From Naegleria gruberi (lineage: Eukaryota): a DNA stretch of 64,000 nt. Positions 1 to 11,507 of this stretch are shown piece by piece. Numbering within the stretch: position 1 is the stretch's first letter; every line of letters begins with the position of its first letter. Below the pieces are notes generated by a model. The model searched no databases and was not told the origin of the DNA. It saw only the letters and a list, made by a program, of their open reading frames with translations. The stretch lies in NCBI GenBank assembly GCA_000004985.1, contig GG738867.1. One strand, 5' to 3'. The position numbers and the translations under genes are program-made.

Positions 1-821
1 ACTTGGTCAATTCTGTCCAGTAATTCCTTCTCAGTGGAGGTAACTTGTGGATTTTCTTTGAGATATTTCTGAACAAGTGTAGCAAACTGATTGCCCATAT
101 TGAAAATATTCTGCAATTCAGAATATTTCATTTTCAAGGATTGTGTCACTTGTCTGATTTCAACATGTTCAAATCCTGCCTCCCTGCAACGTTGCTCAAA
201 AACCTTTGGATCTTGGAGTGCAAATGGAGGTCTATTTTGTTGCAACACTTCAAACAAAGCTTGAGATGAGACACGATTTGGAAAATCATCAGTCCAAGAA
301 TTCACAAATGCCATTCCTCCCTTCTTCAAAACTCTTTTAATTTCAGATAATCCTTGCACCATTTTTGGATAAAACATTACTCCCATATTAGAATAGACAA
401 TATCAAATGATTCGTCTGGGAATTTCAATTCTTGACCATCCATTACTTGAAATTTCAAATTGTCCCAATCAAATTCCACTTGTTTCTCTTCAATTCTTGA
501 TTGTTTCTTATACTCTGCTCCTTCAATCATAGATGCAGCAAAGTCAATCCCATCCAATGCGGAAATCTTGATCTTATCAGGGAGTATCTTCTCATCAACA
601 AATTTGAAAGGTACCAATCCAGTTCCAGTGGCCAAATCAAGAATACTAACATTTCTCTCCTCAGTTGTGATGTTAAAGTACAAGTCAATGGATCTTTGAA
701 TGAGATCAGATGCAAAGAAATCTAGAAAAATCTTGGACTTTTCCATTAATTTGACCTTGTTTTCCCAGTGGTTTTTGTTAAGGTCATGATGTGTAGTGGT
801 TATGGTTGCAGTGTTGGACAT
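1..821 (-). CDS. Class I SAM-dependent methyltransferase, N-terminal approx 273 aa (ATG at 821-819; C-terminus runs off the window start)
   Basis: Minus-strand translation from ATG 821 gives MSNTATITTTHHDLNKNHW...ILDLATGTGLVPF (motif I), ISALDGIDF (post-I), FDIVYSNMGVMFYP (motif II), LKKGGMAFVNSW (motif III). It is open to position 1. It is absent from the ORF track because no stop lies inside the window. Confidence 0.6.
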   Translation of the reverse strand, partial: MSNTATITTTHHDLNKNHWENKVKLMEKSKIFLDFFASDLIQRSIDLYFNITTEERNVSILDLATGTGLVPFKFVDEKILPDKIKISALDGIDFAASMIEGAEYKKQSRIEEKQVEFDWDNLKFQVMDGQELKFPDESFDIVYSNMGVMFYPKMVQGLSEIKRVLKKGGMAFVNSWTDDFPNRVSSQALFEVLQQNRPPFALQDPKVFEQRCREAGFEHVEIRQVTQSLKMKYSELQNIFNMGNQFATLVQKYLKENPQVTSTEKELLDRIDQ

Positions 822-1190
822 TTTTTTATTGTTGTTATGAAATTTGTTTTGCATTTCTAATGAGGGGTATTTATGCGCTTTGAAATGGATACCATGGAGT
901 GCGTAAAGGTTTATTTTGCAAATGACCTTTATTGGAGATATTTGAAGCACTGCTGGTTCAACAAAAAGATGAATCACACATCTTTCATCAATGTTTTAGA
1001 TTATTGGGTGTATTAGGATATTTGAGAGTTTTTTATTAAAATAATAACCAAATGAGTTTTTGATTTAAAAAATGTTAAGGTTAATTAAGCAAACACATCT
1101 AAGAGAAAAATCTGAAGTAGTACATGAATACAAAAGAAATGGGTTGGAGGCAACCTCAAATTCGAATTTTTTGTGTATATTTAAATTTAA

Positions 1191-2383
1191 TCAAGGTGTT
1201 TCTTCACTAACTTTTAACAAAATCTTTCCAGTTGCTTTACGTCCTTCAATTTCATTATGAGCTTCCTTAATTTCTTCCAAATTGAAAACCTTGTGAATGT
1301 TAATATCAATGAGCCCTTGTGAAACCCAGGAAAATAATTTGTGACTCTTCTCTTGTAATTCATCAAAGGTGGTTACAAAGTCACCCATTTTAGGTCTTGT
1401 AAAATTAATTGAACCTCTTCTTGATAAATCCAAAGGATTAATTAAACCAACAGGTCCTGATGCATTACCAAAAGAAATGAATAAACCTCTCACCCCTAAA
1501 GAATTGAGTGAAGATTGATAGGTATCCTTTCCAACACCATCAAAGACAATATCCACTCCCTTCCCATTGGTAATTTCCTTGACTCTCTCCACAACATCTT
1601 CTGTAGAATATTGAATAACATGAGTACAACCCAATTTGAGAGCCAAATCAACCTTTTCTGGAGATCCAACTGTTCCAATAATTGTGCTACATTTCTTAAT
1701 CTTGGACATGATTTGAACAAGCAATCTTGATGTACCTCCAGCTGCAGAGTGAATCAAAACAACGTCTGATCTAATGCTTGGAATGTCAAAAGCCAAATAA
1801 TAAGCTGTCAATCCATTAATCATACAAGCAACAGAATCCTTCAAACTAATTTCACTTGGCAACTTGGCAACACTATTATAATCTACAGCAGCATATTCAG
1901 CATATGATCCAGAAGAACTAGAAAAGGCAACACGATCTCCAACTTTTAGTCCACATTCCTTTGGCACTTGATCACCAATCTTTTCAATTATACCACTTCC
2001 TACACAAAATCCAATTTTCAAGTGTTGTGTACATTAAATTAAAACGTTAAAATTATTAAATTAACCATCGAACAAATAATTTTCAAATTTTCCAATCATC
2101 ACAATTTTGATCAAAATAAATCAAAATATTAAATTAATCAAATATTGATCAAAAATTATCTTCCTAAATATTTAAATATTAGAAACTAACCATCTTGTCC
2201 AAGAACCTTTGGAAGGGATGGAACAGGATACAATCCCGATCTAAAATAGGTATCAATGAAATTTACGCTCGAGTAGGCAATTTTGATCAGGACTTGATGG
2301 TGGGAAATTTCTGGGATTGGCACATTGGTATCTACTTGTAAAACGTTCACGTCGCCGGTTTCGTGTATTCTGACTGCTTTCAT
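1191..2383 (-). CDS. Quinone oxidoreductase / zeta-crystallin-like medium-chain dehydrogenase-reductase, 2 exons (2383..2191, 1999..1191), approx 333 aa
   Basis: Exon 1 ORF 2186-2383 encodes MKAVRIHETGDVNVLQVD...PSLPKVLGQD, a GroES-like N-terminus. It ends at donor G|GTTAGT at 2190. Acceptor TGTGTAG ends at 2000. Exon 2 continues in phase as GSGIIEKIGDQV...AAGGTSRLLVQI (NAD(P) Rossmann) down to the stop at 1191. The exon lengths 193 + 809 nt are in frame. The ORF-track start at 2021 is TTG, not ATG. Confidence 0.8.
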
Positions 2384-3497
2384 TTTTTTTTAAATTGTGT
2401 GTTTTTACTATTATTTAATAATTGCTATTTTTGTAAAGTTGTAATATATTAATTAGTCCGATGAAGCGGCTGGATTATTTGATGGAAGGATTTGAGATTT
2501 GAAATTTTGATGAGGGAAAACATGTTGCGAATGCACAAACAATCGATTTTATATGAAATTTCTGTAAAGTGAATTAATGAAATATTCCATTTAAGGAAAA
2601 TACTTTAATCACCAAATGTTGAACAAACGCACGTTTATTACACCAGTTTAATATTATTACACCAGGTTCTTCTCCAATATGATATCCACTCTGGGAATTT
2701 GGATCCTAATGCTTGGTTGGCAAAATATAGATTTGCAGATATTGCAGTTAATGAATTTAAGAAACTTAATGTGAACGTGTATTTTGCTTACATCACCACA
2801 ACAAGAGTTAGCGCAGAAAATATAGCAGCTTTGGAGAAACACAAGCACTACGACAAGGTAATTCTTTTCAGTCATAATACAGAATCTGAGTATTTCCCAC
2901 CCAATTTATTACCTTATTATAAGGGATTTTTATTTACATTTTAAACAGAAAACCCCACCATTACTACCATCCTTGTCCACTGATAAGTATAGTCAAGAAC
3001 AAGAACACCTCCAATCTGAATACTCCCAAATCTCTCCCTTTTAGAACATATTTCTCGACTGTAATTGCACATTTATCCTATATTGATATCTGAAGATTTT
3101 TGGATTTCCAGAATTATCGAACCATATTATCAATTCTATTGAGGGATATATAACAGTGGAGAGTTTTGTCTTGATGGCAAACTGGTATTCTAAGGAGGAA
3201 AATCAGCACGATGAGTTTGTAATTATAAACAATATTATCTTTGAATGTTTCACAAACTGAAACACACAACCTCAAGCTTGGTTGTGGAGAGGTTTAAGGG
3301 CGGCCGTTATTTAAAAACAAGTTGCGATGAACTCAGTTCTGTTTCGGGTTAGAATCATGATCTTGTATGTCCTTATTAAGTCAATTTTGAAATAAACATT
3401 AATTGTAAACCAAAGAGTCCAAAACAGGTGCATTCACTAGAACCTTCTTTTACCAGGGCCTTAATAAAAATCAAAAAAAAAACAAACAAACAACAAA

Positions 3498-4771
3498 ATG
3501 GTTGAATCGCTCACTCAACAATTAAGCACATTGTCCATGTCAAGAGAACTCTTCCAATCCGACTTGACCTACTATGTCAATGAACCAAACTGGACTGCTA
3601 TGGATGAACACGCCAAGACTGTGCCAGAGGAACTTACCAAGAGCTTTACCAAAACTGTACAATATTTAACAAGTAAATTTGAATCTCCACAAGAAAAGGC
3701 TCGTGCCATCTTTGCCTGGATTGGTTACAATGTAACCTATGATAACAAGGTTGCTGAAACTGGTGATTTTAGCAAGTATGAAAGATTTAGAGAAGATCAT
3801 AAGGATAAGTTTACTGAAGAGGAATGTAAGGAATACTCCAGCTATGGTAAGGTTGTCTACTCTTTGAGAACTGGTGTCTGTGGTGGATTTTCCAACTTGT
3901 TCAAGGATATGTGTAAATGTGCAGGAATTGGTGATAGATGTGAAATTGTTTCTGGTTTCACAAAGGGAGGAAATGGTGTCAATCCTGTTGAAGTAATGGC
4001 AGCGCTGAGGGTGGTTCTGCATCTTTCACTCCAAGACACTTCTACATGAGTCCGTATGAAAGGATTGCTTCTCACTTCCCAAAGAAGGATGAATTCCAAT
4101 GTTTGCCAACTCCTGTTCCTGCCAATGTCATGGAAAAGAGAGCTCAAATAATTCTCAGTGGTTTCAAGTGGGGTCTCAGAACTGTCTCACATCCTGATGC
4201 TTATTTGATTTTGAAGGATTCCAACGTTGTTGAAATTACCCTCCATATTGAAAAGACTGGTTTGCAATTCTATTCTCAATTGCTCGATAATGCCACAATG
4301 GCCGAAACAAAGGGAGTTACTGAAATTATTCAACATGGAAATACTGTTAAATTGACAGTTTGTGTTCCAGAAAAGGAAAAGGACTATAAGGTCTATATCT
4401 TTGCTCGTGAATCTGCCGATCAAAAATTTGAATACATGCTCGGTTATGGTTTCAATGTTGATGCCAATGCCACGATGCAAGAAGTTTCCTTCCCAACCTA
4501 TTATCCAGATATGGCTAATTATGGAGCTGAACTCATTTCACCAAAGCATGTCAAGATGCACGTTGGTCAAACCTACAATTTCAGAATTAAATTCCCATTC
4601 GAAGATTTGATGAGTGTCTTGATTCTTCCAGATAAGAAATTCAAGAGTTTGGGCTGTGGTGAATATGAACTTGATTTTACACCAACTGCTGCTGGTAAGG
4701 TATTGATGTATGCTTGTAAGAAGACTGAAACTCAAGCTAAGGGTCTTTTGCAAATGGTTGTTTTTGAATAA
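3498..4771 (+). CDS. Transglutaminase-like KY (kyphoscoliosis-peptidase-like) domain protein. The reading frame is disrupted near 3990-4046, so this is a possible pseudogene or sequence error
   Basis: ORF 3498-4049 contains the Cys motif TGVCGGFSNLFKDMCKCAGIGDRCEIVSGFTKG. ORF 4046-4771 in frame +2 continues with SFTPRHFYMSPYERIASHFP, a KY-family YFLTxPExFIxxHFP-like motif. The expected HAWN...DCTWG His/Asp segment between them is absent. The frames overlap at 3992-4046 with no plausible intron (only a 17-nt GT..AG). Confidence 0.5.
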
Positions 4772-4867
4772 ATTAACAATTGTTAAATATTGTAAATATT
4801 GATACTTTGAAAAGATTGTTCCAAGTTCAATGTGCCTTGTCAATTGTTTTCAACAAATCAAAAAAAA

Positions 4868-6031
4868 ATGCTCAGCTCATCCAGCAAATCCTCCTCATCG
4901 TCAGATCAGAGAATCATCTCATTTTCCATCAATAAGAAGGAAATTATTGAAAAATTCCCACCATCCTTCTTTTCCAAAAACAAAGTCTTTCTCTATTCTC
5001 TACACTCTGATCAATTGGATTATGAAGGTGATTTAATTTATTCGAGATTTAAAGCAAGGACTCGACCAAAAGCCTATAAGAAGGAAGTTGCAGAAGATCA
5101 GGTGTGTGAGGTGATTGTTTCAAGTGATGGTTTCAAGTATGATGAAAAGTTGAAGGTTGGGGAGGAGAATGCCAAGCATTGGTATTTGAATTTTGCAGAT
5201 GAGAGATTGTTTATTGCTTGGAAAGGTCAATTGTTTGCTCAGGATGAGATTCAAGTTTGTGAACATCCAATTTTGGGAAGTTTGTGTGAATATTTGAGAA
5301 AGGAAAGTTTAAATGATGCAAGATATAGTCCAATAACTCAACAAACATCTCCCACTCCAGTATTGATTCAGAATGTGGATAGAAGAATTGCAGTCAATGT
5401 TAAAGACTATAATATTTATGGAAATAACTTTGCCAAGGCATCTACTGATATTATTGAACAAGCAACAACTGTTTTGGACATGAAAACGAATAGAAAATCA
5501 AATATTTTGGCAATTAGTGCACCTAGGTAGGTTTTGGATTTGAATTTCTCATATTTGAAAATATAGAGGTGGACATGGAGAGTACAAATTGGGAGAAGTT
5601 AATTTCATATTCGATACTTTATATAGTGGATTTAAGGCATGTTGCATGGATACTGAAATGTATGCCCAGGATCCAGAAAATCCACCAACTGTTGTCATTC
5701 ACACAGGTAATTTTGGTTGTGGTGCCTTTGGTAACAATAGAGTAAGTATAATTGTTGAATAGAAATGGAAACTAATCTTTTCGAATAGGAATTGATAGCA
5801 ATTCTTCAAATATTGGCAGCAAGAATGGCAGGTATCAAGTATCTATATTATCATGCATTCAGTGAGGAAGGTGTAAAATCTGTCAAAAAGGCCATTAAGG
5901 TAATTGATGAAGAATTTGATTTGGTATGCAAAGATCCATCCGATATAGAAGGTAATTTAGTTTCCCTTAATAAGCTTTTCGATATGATTTTACAAAAAGG
6001 ATATAAATGGGGTTTTTCCGATGGAAATTAA
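4868..6031 (+). CDS. Poly(ADP-ribose) glycohydrolase (PARG)-like protein, 3 exons (approx 4868..5516/5527, approx 5569..5741, 5789..6031)
   Basis: Exon 2 encodes VVIHTGNFGCGAFGNNR and exon 3 encodes ELIAILQILAARMAGIKYLYYHAF. These match the PARG signature TGNWGCGAFGGDxRLKALIQILAAAAA...YFTF. Exon 1 carries LNFADERLFIAWKGQLFAQDEIQVCEHPIL, a diverged GGG-X-QEE region that reads QDE. The donor GTAAGT at 5742 and acceptor AG at 5787-5788 give a 47-nt intron in phase. The exon 1 to exon 2 junction is ambiguous between donors at 5517 and 5528. The real ATG is at 4868; the track start at 4832 is GTG. Confidence 0.6.
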
Positions 6032-6096
6032 CTTTATTAAACAATATTCAATATTAATATTAACAATTTTAAAGATCTTTAAATATTAAAAAAAAA

Positions 6097-7590
6097 ATGA
6101 AAAGAAGTATTCAAGCACTTGACCATGAAGAAAATCCACAATCAAAATATGTAAAATTACTACACAATGATGATGCTCAACAATACCTCTTCTCCAATGA
6201 TGTGCTCGGAATCATTTCATCCTTCCTTCCATTTCATGATGGAACTTTAAATTGTCGTCTTGTTAATCATCAGTGGAAGGCTACATTTGAGAATGATTAT
6301 CGATTCATGTTTATTCAAGCTGTAGAAAATCATCTACTCGCCAATTTGAAAGGAAATGATGATTCGGAATTATTGGATTGTCAATACTTGATTTCTATAA
6401 AGTATTGGATCGGAGCAAGACAGCACTTGTTGAAATTGTTAAATGAAGATGTAAACAAGTGTAAACAAGAGGAATTGAAAAGATTGTGGACTAGGAAAGA
6501 TGATGAATTTCCAAATATTAGGTTTTTGGCTTTTGATAGAACAAACACTGAAGAATTTGCTGTTTTGATGATTAATTTAAATGTAAATACAAGGTTAAGG
6601 ATGACAATAATGTATTCAGACTGTGAGGATTTTATAATCTATGTGGATGTTGTGGAGAATGGTCCATCAGTGTTTGATTGGAAGAACTTGTTGAACATTG
6701 ATTCGAAAGTGGAGAGAAATGTAGTTTTGAAAGTGAATGCAACATTATATGAGGATCCAACAGGGATTGCAGAACAGTGTGTGAACGATCCATTCTTTGA
6801 TAATCTCTTTAAAATGTTGGATATTACTGAGCCAACGCCTTTTGAAGTTGAATCACCAACACCTTTTGGTGTTTTATTATGGAAATATGGATATGAAGAA
6901 AGAGTTATTTATGGAAATAACGATATGATTCAAAATGTTGAATTTGAGAGGAGGTGCGAAATTTATGAGGAGAGAGTGGATCCCTTAGTGAAACTAGTAA
7001 ATTTGGATCAAATCAATGAGTTGAAAGTATTGGAATATGCTTGGAAAAAAGCCAATAGGATCTATACAAAAAAACGTGAGGAGAATTGCAATAATACTAC
7101 ATCAGATATTTCAGTTTCCAATGTAAATGGAAGACTTGTTATTGTGGATCTGTATAGAGCTCCGCGATTTGTTACAGAAATTTCATTTAATTTGAAATTT
7201 AAGGAAAGTGAATTTATCGTCAATTCCAATTTCGAGCTGGAATTTGAAAGTGAAATACATAGTCCATGCAGAGTTTCAATACTCAATTGCACCTCTGTAC
7301 GCAATCCAGCACTAAGATATCAATTTCACGTTTTTCCAAACGAAACTTCTTTAATATGGGTGGATAGTTGCCTATCACTGATGGGCGAAGAGAGTCCAAT
7401 CGATTTGACTATTCCTCCAAATCCATTCGAAAATGACCAACAAGATCTCCAATTGATATTTGAAAAGGTGTTGAGAATTGTTCCCAGATATTGCCTATTC
7501 AACAGTGATAAGAATCTATCCATTCCAGAATTATTGAAATTCTTTGTTGGAAATGAGAGTTTTATAACATCCCAAACATCCATCATTTAA
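6097..7590 (+). CDS. Hypothetical protein with F-box-like N-terminal motif, 497 aa
   Basis: A single ORF with a true ATG. The N-terminus LFSNDVLGIISSFLPFHDGTLNCRLVNHQWKATF resembles an F-box (LPxE/D...L..VCK.W). The rest has no recognisable domain. Confidence 0.45.
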   Translation: MKRSIQALDHEENPQSKYVKLLHNDDAQQYLFSNDVLGIISSFLPFHDGTLNCRLVNHQWKATFENDYRFMFIQAVENHLLANLKGNDDSELLDCQYLISIKYWIGARQHLLKLLNEDVNKCKQEELKRLWTRKDDEFPNIRFLAFDRTNTEEFAVLMINLNVNTRLRMTIMYSDCEDFIIYVDVVENGPSVFDWKNLLNIDSKVERNVVLKVNATLYEDPTGIAEQCVNDPFFDNLFKMLDITEPTPFEVESPTPFGVLLWKYGYEERVIYGNNDMIQNVEFERRCEIYEERVDPLVKLVNLDQINELKVLEYAWKKANRIYTKKREENCNNTTSDISVSNVNGRLVIVDLYRAPRFVTEISFNLKFKESEFIVNSNFELEFESEIHSPCRVSILNCTSVRNPALRYQFHVFPNETSLIWVDSCLSLMGEESPIDLTIPPNPFENDQQDLQLIFEKVLRIVPRYCLFNSDKNLSIPELLKFFVGNESFITSQTSII

Positions 7591-7655
7591 TCATCACAAG
7601 CTATATATTTATTATTTGATTTCACAAGAGAGTTTTCATTCTCAAGCATAGAGAA

Positions 7656-8450
7656 TTATTTTTGATAAGAACCACCTTGGTATTGTTGTTGACCAGAAGT
7701 TCCAAATCCTTGTTGAGAGGATGGAATATTTGGAATATTAGATTGACCAGGTGTTGTACCAGTTGTTGTGCTAGTCCAAGTTTGACCAACAGTTTGTTGA
7801 CCAAATCCAATACCTCCAGGTTGTTGACTTCCTAATCCTTGTTGACCAATACTACTTGGTTGCAATGGTTGTTGCTGGTTAAAACCTTGTTGACCAAAAC
7901 CACCACCATATGATTGTTGACCTGTGCCAAATCCTTGTTGTCCATAAGTTTGTCCAGTTAAGCCAGGTTGTTGACCAACACCATAACCATGTCCAATACT
8001 TGGCTGTTGTCCAGTCAATCCTTGTTGCTGTCCATACAAGCCTTGTTGCTTCTTTCCTGGAATATTTTGGATTTGTCCTCCAGATCTAAGGTAAAGGAAT
8101 GAATTGACAAATTCCTCAATTCCAACTCTTCCATTTTGGTCCTTGTCAACCATTCTTCCAATCAGTTTACTCTTAACCTTGTCATAACCTAATGCTTGAA
8201 CTGCTTTCTTGAATTCCTTCTTATCCAAGAATCCAGTACGATCACGATCGTATTGGTAGAAAACTTGTTCTGCTTGATTAATGTAAGTTTCCTTATTTTG
8301 CAAAACCTCATTGGAAACTGTAAAGTTTTCTGGTTGCCATCTTGGAGTCTTTCCTCTGTACCAAAATCCTTGCAATTTTCCAAGAATACCTTGTTGTTGA
8401 CCAGTTACTCCGGTTGGTTGAGTTTGAGAGAATGTAGAGTGCATTTTCAA
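7656..8450 (-). CDS. EF-hand calcium-binding protein with C-terminal Gly/Gln-rich low-complexity tail, 264 aa
   Basis: It has two canonical EF loops, [13 protein letters not shown] and [13 protein letters not shown]. These are followed by [13 protein letters not shown] repeats. The ATG is at 8450. Confidence 0.75.
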   Translation of the reverse strand: MKMHSTFSQTQPTGVTGQQQGILGKLQGFWYRGKTPRWQPENFTVSNEVLQNKETYINQAEQVFYQYDRDRTGFLDKKEFKKAVQALGYDKVKSKLIGRMVDKDQNGRVGIEEFVNSFLYLRSGGQIQNIPGKKQQGLYGQQQGLTGQQPSIGHGYGVGQQPGLTGQTYGQQGFGTGQQSYGGGFGQQGFNQQQPLQPSSIGQQGLGSQQPGGIGFGQQTVGQTWTSTTTGTTPGQSNIPNIPSSQQGFGTSGQQQYQGGSYQK

Positions 8451-9546
8451 TTAAATTGTTGTAAAATTGTTTTTTTGATTATTGGAGAAACAGAGAGCCA
8501 ACTAGTGTGGAGATTTATAGGATTCAAAGGCACGATCCATTATTGGTAAATTCACATAAACAACCAATTAGGTTTGGATCTTGACTCAAAACAGCTTGGT
8601 TTTTGAATTTGTCTTTTACAATTTGGGAGTTTTTCTATAAATGTAACATGAATATTAGATCAATAACCCATTCTTTGATAAGACTGTCTTATATTTCCAG
8701 GGTTTTGCAACAAACCGTGCTGTTGAATAGCTATTTCCTGAGGAATTTCCACATTTCAGTTTCCATTTGTACGTACACGTGTTGGAGAACAAGATGTTAT
8801 TCAAATGATTCATTCCCCTCAATGCTATCAAACGTCTCAACTTATGGGCAATACACAGATTGAAAGATTTGGAATGATTATACAATTTCAAAACCTTGTT
8901 AAGATTTTCATCACTTCGTACTGGTCACAGGAAGGGACAGCAATTAAATTTGGATGCTAAAAAATTACCCCCAATTTTACGGTTTTTATTGAGGGGATTA
9001 TCAATATTTTACTATTAATTTACAATATCTTTTATTAACCTTCTGTTTGGAATATTAAGCCGTAAGAAAGAAAGAAAATTATTCAAGTAAATTTTTAAAT
9101 ATCATAAAGCAATTTTCGTGTTTTTCCTTTAATTACAAATTTCTTTATTGCAAAGCACCTGTTAGTGGAAATTTCATCAACCAAGGCGATTCTAACAACA
9201 GAGAATGGAAATTCACCATTCTTGTTTCTTATCATCTTTTGTAAACTTTGTTTCTAAGGTTATCATTTGACGGAGTTGCTTTGATTGCGTTTTCCAATTT
9301 AAAAAAAATCGTTTAGCTCCTCCATTCCCAAGCGGGCGTTTTGATCCTTTGAAAAATCTTTGCGTTTTTTGTCTTCAAAACTCATCAACAAGACTTGTTG
9401 AATTATATCATCATCATTGTCATCATTATTCCAAAATAATAATATATTAGGTTTATAATCAAACTCTAATTTTTTACCACAACCCTCACTGCTGCTGATA
9501 TTTATTTAATATCTTTCTCTATAGATACAAATTGTAATTTTAAACG

Positions 9547-10197
9547 ATGCAACAACAAGAAGAAGGAACCAGTAGAGAAATTATTCTCACCTCTGATCTT
9601 GCTACTAATGAATCTATTATTCAATCTAAAATTCCATCGAAATTTATATTTGCTTTTGGAGCAAGCAAGATCCTCCACTCTGCTCGTATTAGTTTATTAG
9701 ATTCTGAACGTTTGTCCAACTTGAGATATTTAATCCTCTCCGATGAAGCTATCTATATCTTTGATGATCAAGATTTTGAACGTAGAATACCAAATGAACA
9801 CATTTCTGAAATTGTCAAGTCTCGTGAACCAAGTGTTTCATCAACTGAACAAAAATCACACAGAATTCTCATCCGTGTTCATCATTCTAATGAAGGATCA
9901 GATCTAATTATTATTTCTAAAGGTGCTACTGGTGTTTTGGAAGCTTTTGAAAAAGCCAAATATACATTCACACTGGTAGATCCTTCCGAAGATTTATTTT
10001 CTATGGCTAGATTTGTTTCTGACAATGCTCAACAACCATCAATTGATTCTCTGAAACAACATTTGGATAAGGCCTTACAATCATCAGATTTAAAGAATAC
10101 AATGCTCTATTTGGAAACTTTGAGAAGAAACAAACATGCTGATTGGGAAAATGATGAATTAATTTCAAAAGCTATTGAATTTGTAAAGAGTAAATAA
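9547..10197 (+). CDS. Hypothetical protein, 216 aa
   Basis: A clean ATG-to-TAA ORF on the coding-like strand. I recognise no domain in it. Confidence 0.4.
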   Translation: MQQQEEGTSREIILTSDLATNESIIQSKIPSKFIFAFGASKILHSARISLLDSERLSNLRYLILSDEAIYIFDDQDFERRIPNEHISEIVKSREPSVSSTEQKSHRILIRVHHSNEGSDLIIISKGATGVLEAFEKAKYTFTLVDPSEDLFSMARFVSDNAQQPSIDSLKQHLDKALQSSDLKNTMLYLETLRRNKHADWENDELISKAIEFVKSK

Positions 10198-10571
10198 TCA
10201 GGATAATTTTCAAAGCTGCAATTCTCCTCTTTTCCAATCTTCCATAAATCGTTCATTAGTATTATTTTGAATAATACCAATTAGAGTTCTTGATCATGAT
10301 GATCAACAACATTATTATTAATTATTTAAATAATTGATTATCATCGGATCATGAATTTTATCAAAAAAATAATCTCAAATTGTTATATTACTTGATCGTT
10401 ATCTTCTTCCTGTACATATTTAAATATCAACAATCATCATCATTTTGATTATTATCTTTTTTGTATCATATATAAATTAACCTGTACAGAACATTGTAAA
10501 TATAGAGTTGGAAATAATATTAAAATTTAAATAATACTATTTAATCATCATATAATAATAACAAAAAGGAG

Positions 10572-11321
10572 ATGGCTGTTGTATCTAGTAAAAACTACCT
10601 CACCCTATATAATTCATTGGCAACATTGGAGTGGATTTATTTATTACTTTTTAGAACTCTACAACCACTCATTCAACGACATTCTAGTAGATTAAAAGTA
10701 AACAAGCAGGCTGCTGATAGGATTGCTCTGAGGAAGCCTTCATTATGGCAATTGAATGGAGGCTTTTTAAAGTACATTCAAACACAAGCCTTGTTGGAAT
10801 CGGTTCATAGTTTCTTCGGAATTACTTCCTCACCAGTCAGGACAACATTTGGCCAAACTTGTGGACGATTGTTTATTACACATTTGATAGGAGATGATTT
10901 ACCAACGAATGATTTATTATCGGATTGTTTAATGACCACTTTACAATTATCTTGGTCTGCTGCTGATATTGTTAGGTATTTGTTTTATTTGGGTCAATTG
11001 TGGAAATTAGATCAAACACATCCAAAAGTTGCTAGTATTTTAAAGTTTTTGAGATATAATGCCTTTTTAGTATTATATCCTGTGGGAATGTTATCGGAAG
11101 TTTCAATGGTTTTGAGAGTAGTTTTCACAAAATGGATTGATTTGGAGGCAATTCACCCAGAAAATCCAGAAAAGAAGAGAAGAAAACCAGTTGTGAAAAA
11201 GCCACCCTATCCTCTTGTGAAAAAGTTCATGATTGTATTCTTCTTCCTGTTTATTGTCTGTGTTGGATATCCAACAGTTTATTTACACATGTTATCACAG
11301 AGACGAAAGAGTATGAAATGA
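10572..11321 (+). CDS. Very-long-chain (3R)-3-hydroxyacyl-CoA dehydratase (PTPLA/HACD/Phs1 family), 249 aa
   Basis: Family motifs are present: YLTLYNSLATLEWIYLL, QTQALLESVHSFFGITSSPV, YNAFLVLYPVGMLSEV and the C-terminal YLHMLSQRRK. It is a multi-TM protein. Confidence 0.75.
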   Translation: MAVVSSKNYLTLYNSLATLEWIYLLLFRTLQPLIQRHSSRLKVNKQAADRIALRKPSLWQLNGGFLKYIQTQALLESVHSFFGITSSPVRTTFGQTCGRLFITHLIGDDLPTNDLLSDCLMTTLQLSWSAADIVRYLFYLGQLWKLDQTHPKVASILKFLRYNAFLVLYPVGMLSEVSMVLRVVFTKWIDLEAIHPENPEKKRRKPVVKKPPYPLVKKFMIVFFFLFIVCVGYPTVYLHMLSQRRKSMK

Positions 11322-11507
11322 ATTCATTAATGGTGGATATTATTTGAGAAGATTTGAAATCTTGGTGATTATCATATTTTGAGAGTGTTGTGAAATCAAA
11401 ATGGTTCAAAGAAATTGAATTTCTTTTCAACAACGATCAGGACTAAATATTTCTCATAGTTCCATTTAAAAGAAATAGATATTTCATAATCCAATTTATC
11501 AAACTAT

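Noticed and set aside
2699-2944. 81-aa + ORF in the 2.4-3.5 kb spacer
   Set aside because: It has no motif and no clear ATG context or splice partners. It sits in an AT-rich intergenic region, and I could not support it as a gene.
3280-3345. GC-rich patch ggtttaagggcggccgttatttaaaaacaagttgcgatgaactcag as a possible tRNA
   Set aside because: It has no acceptor-stem pairing and no D or T loop consensus (GTTCRA). It is too weak to call.
8196-8549. + strand ORF of 117 aa overlapping the EF-hand gene
   Set aside because: It is antisense to a well-supported minus-strand CDS, has no start context, and is hydrophobic junk from the G/Q-repeat complement.
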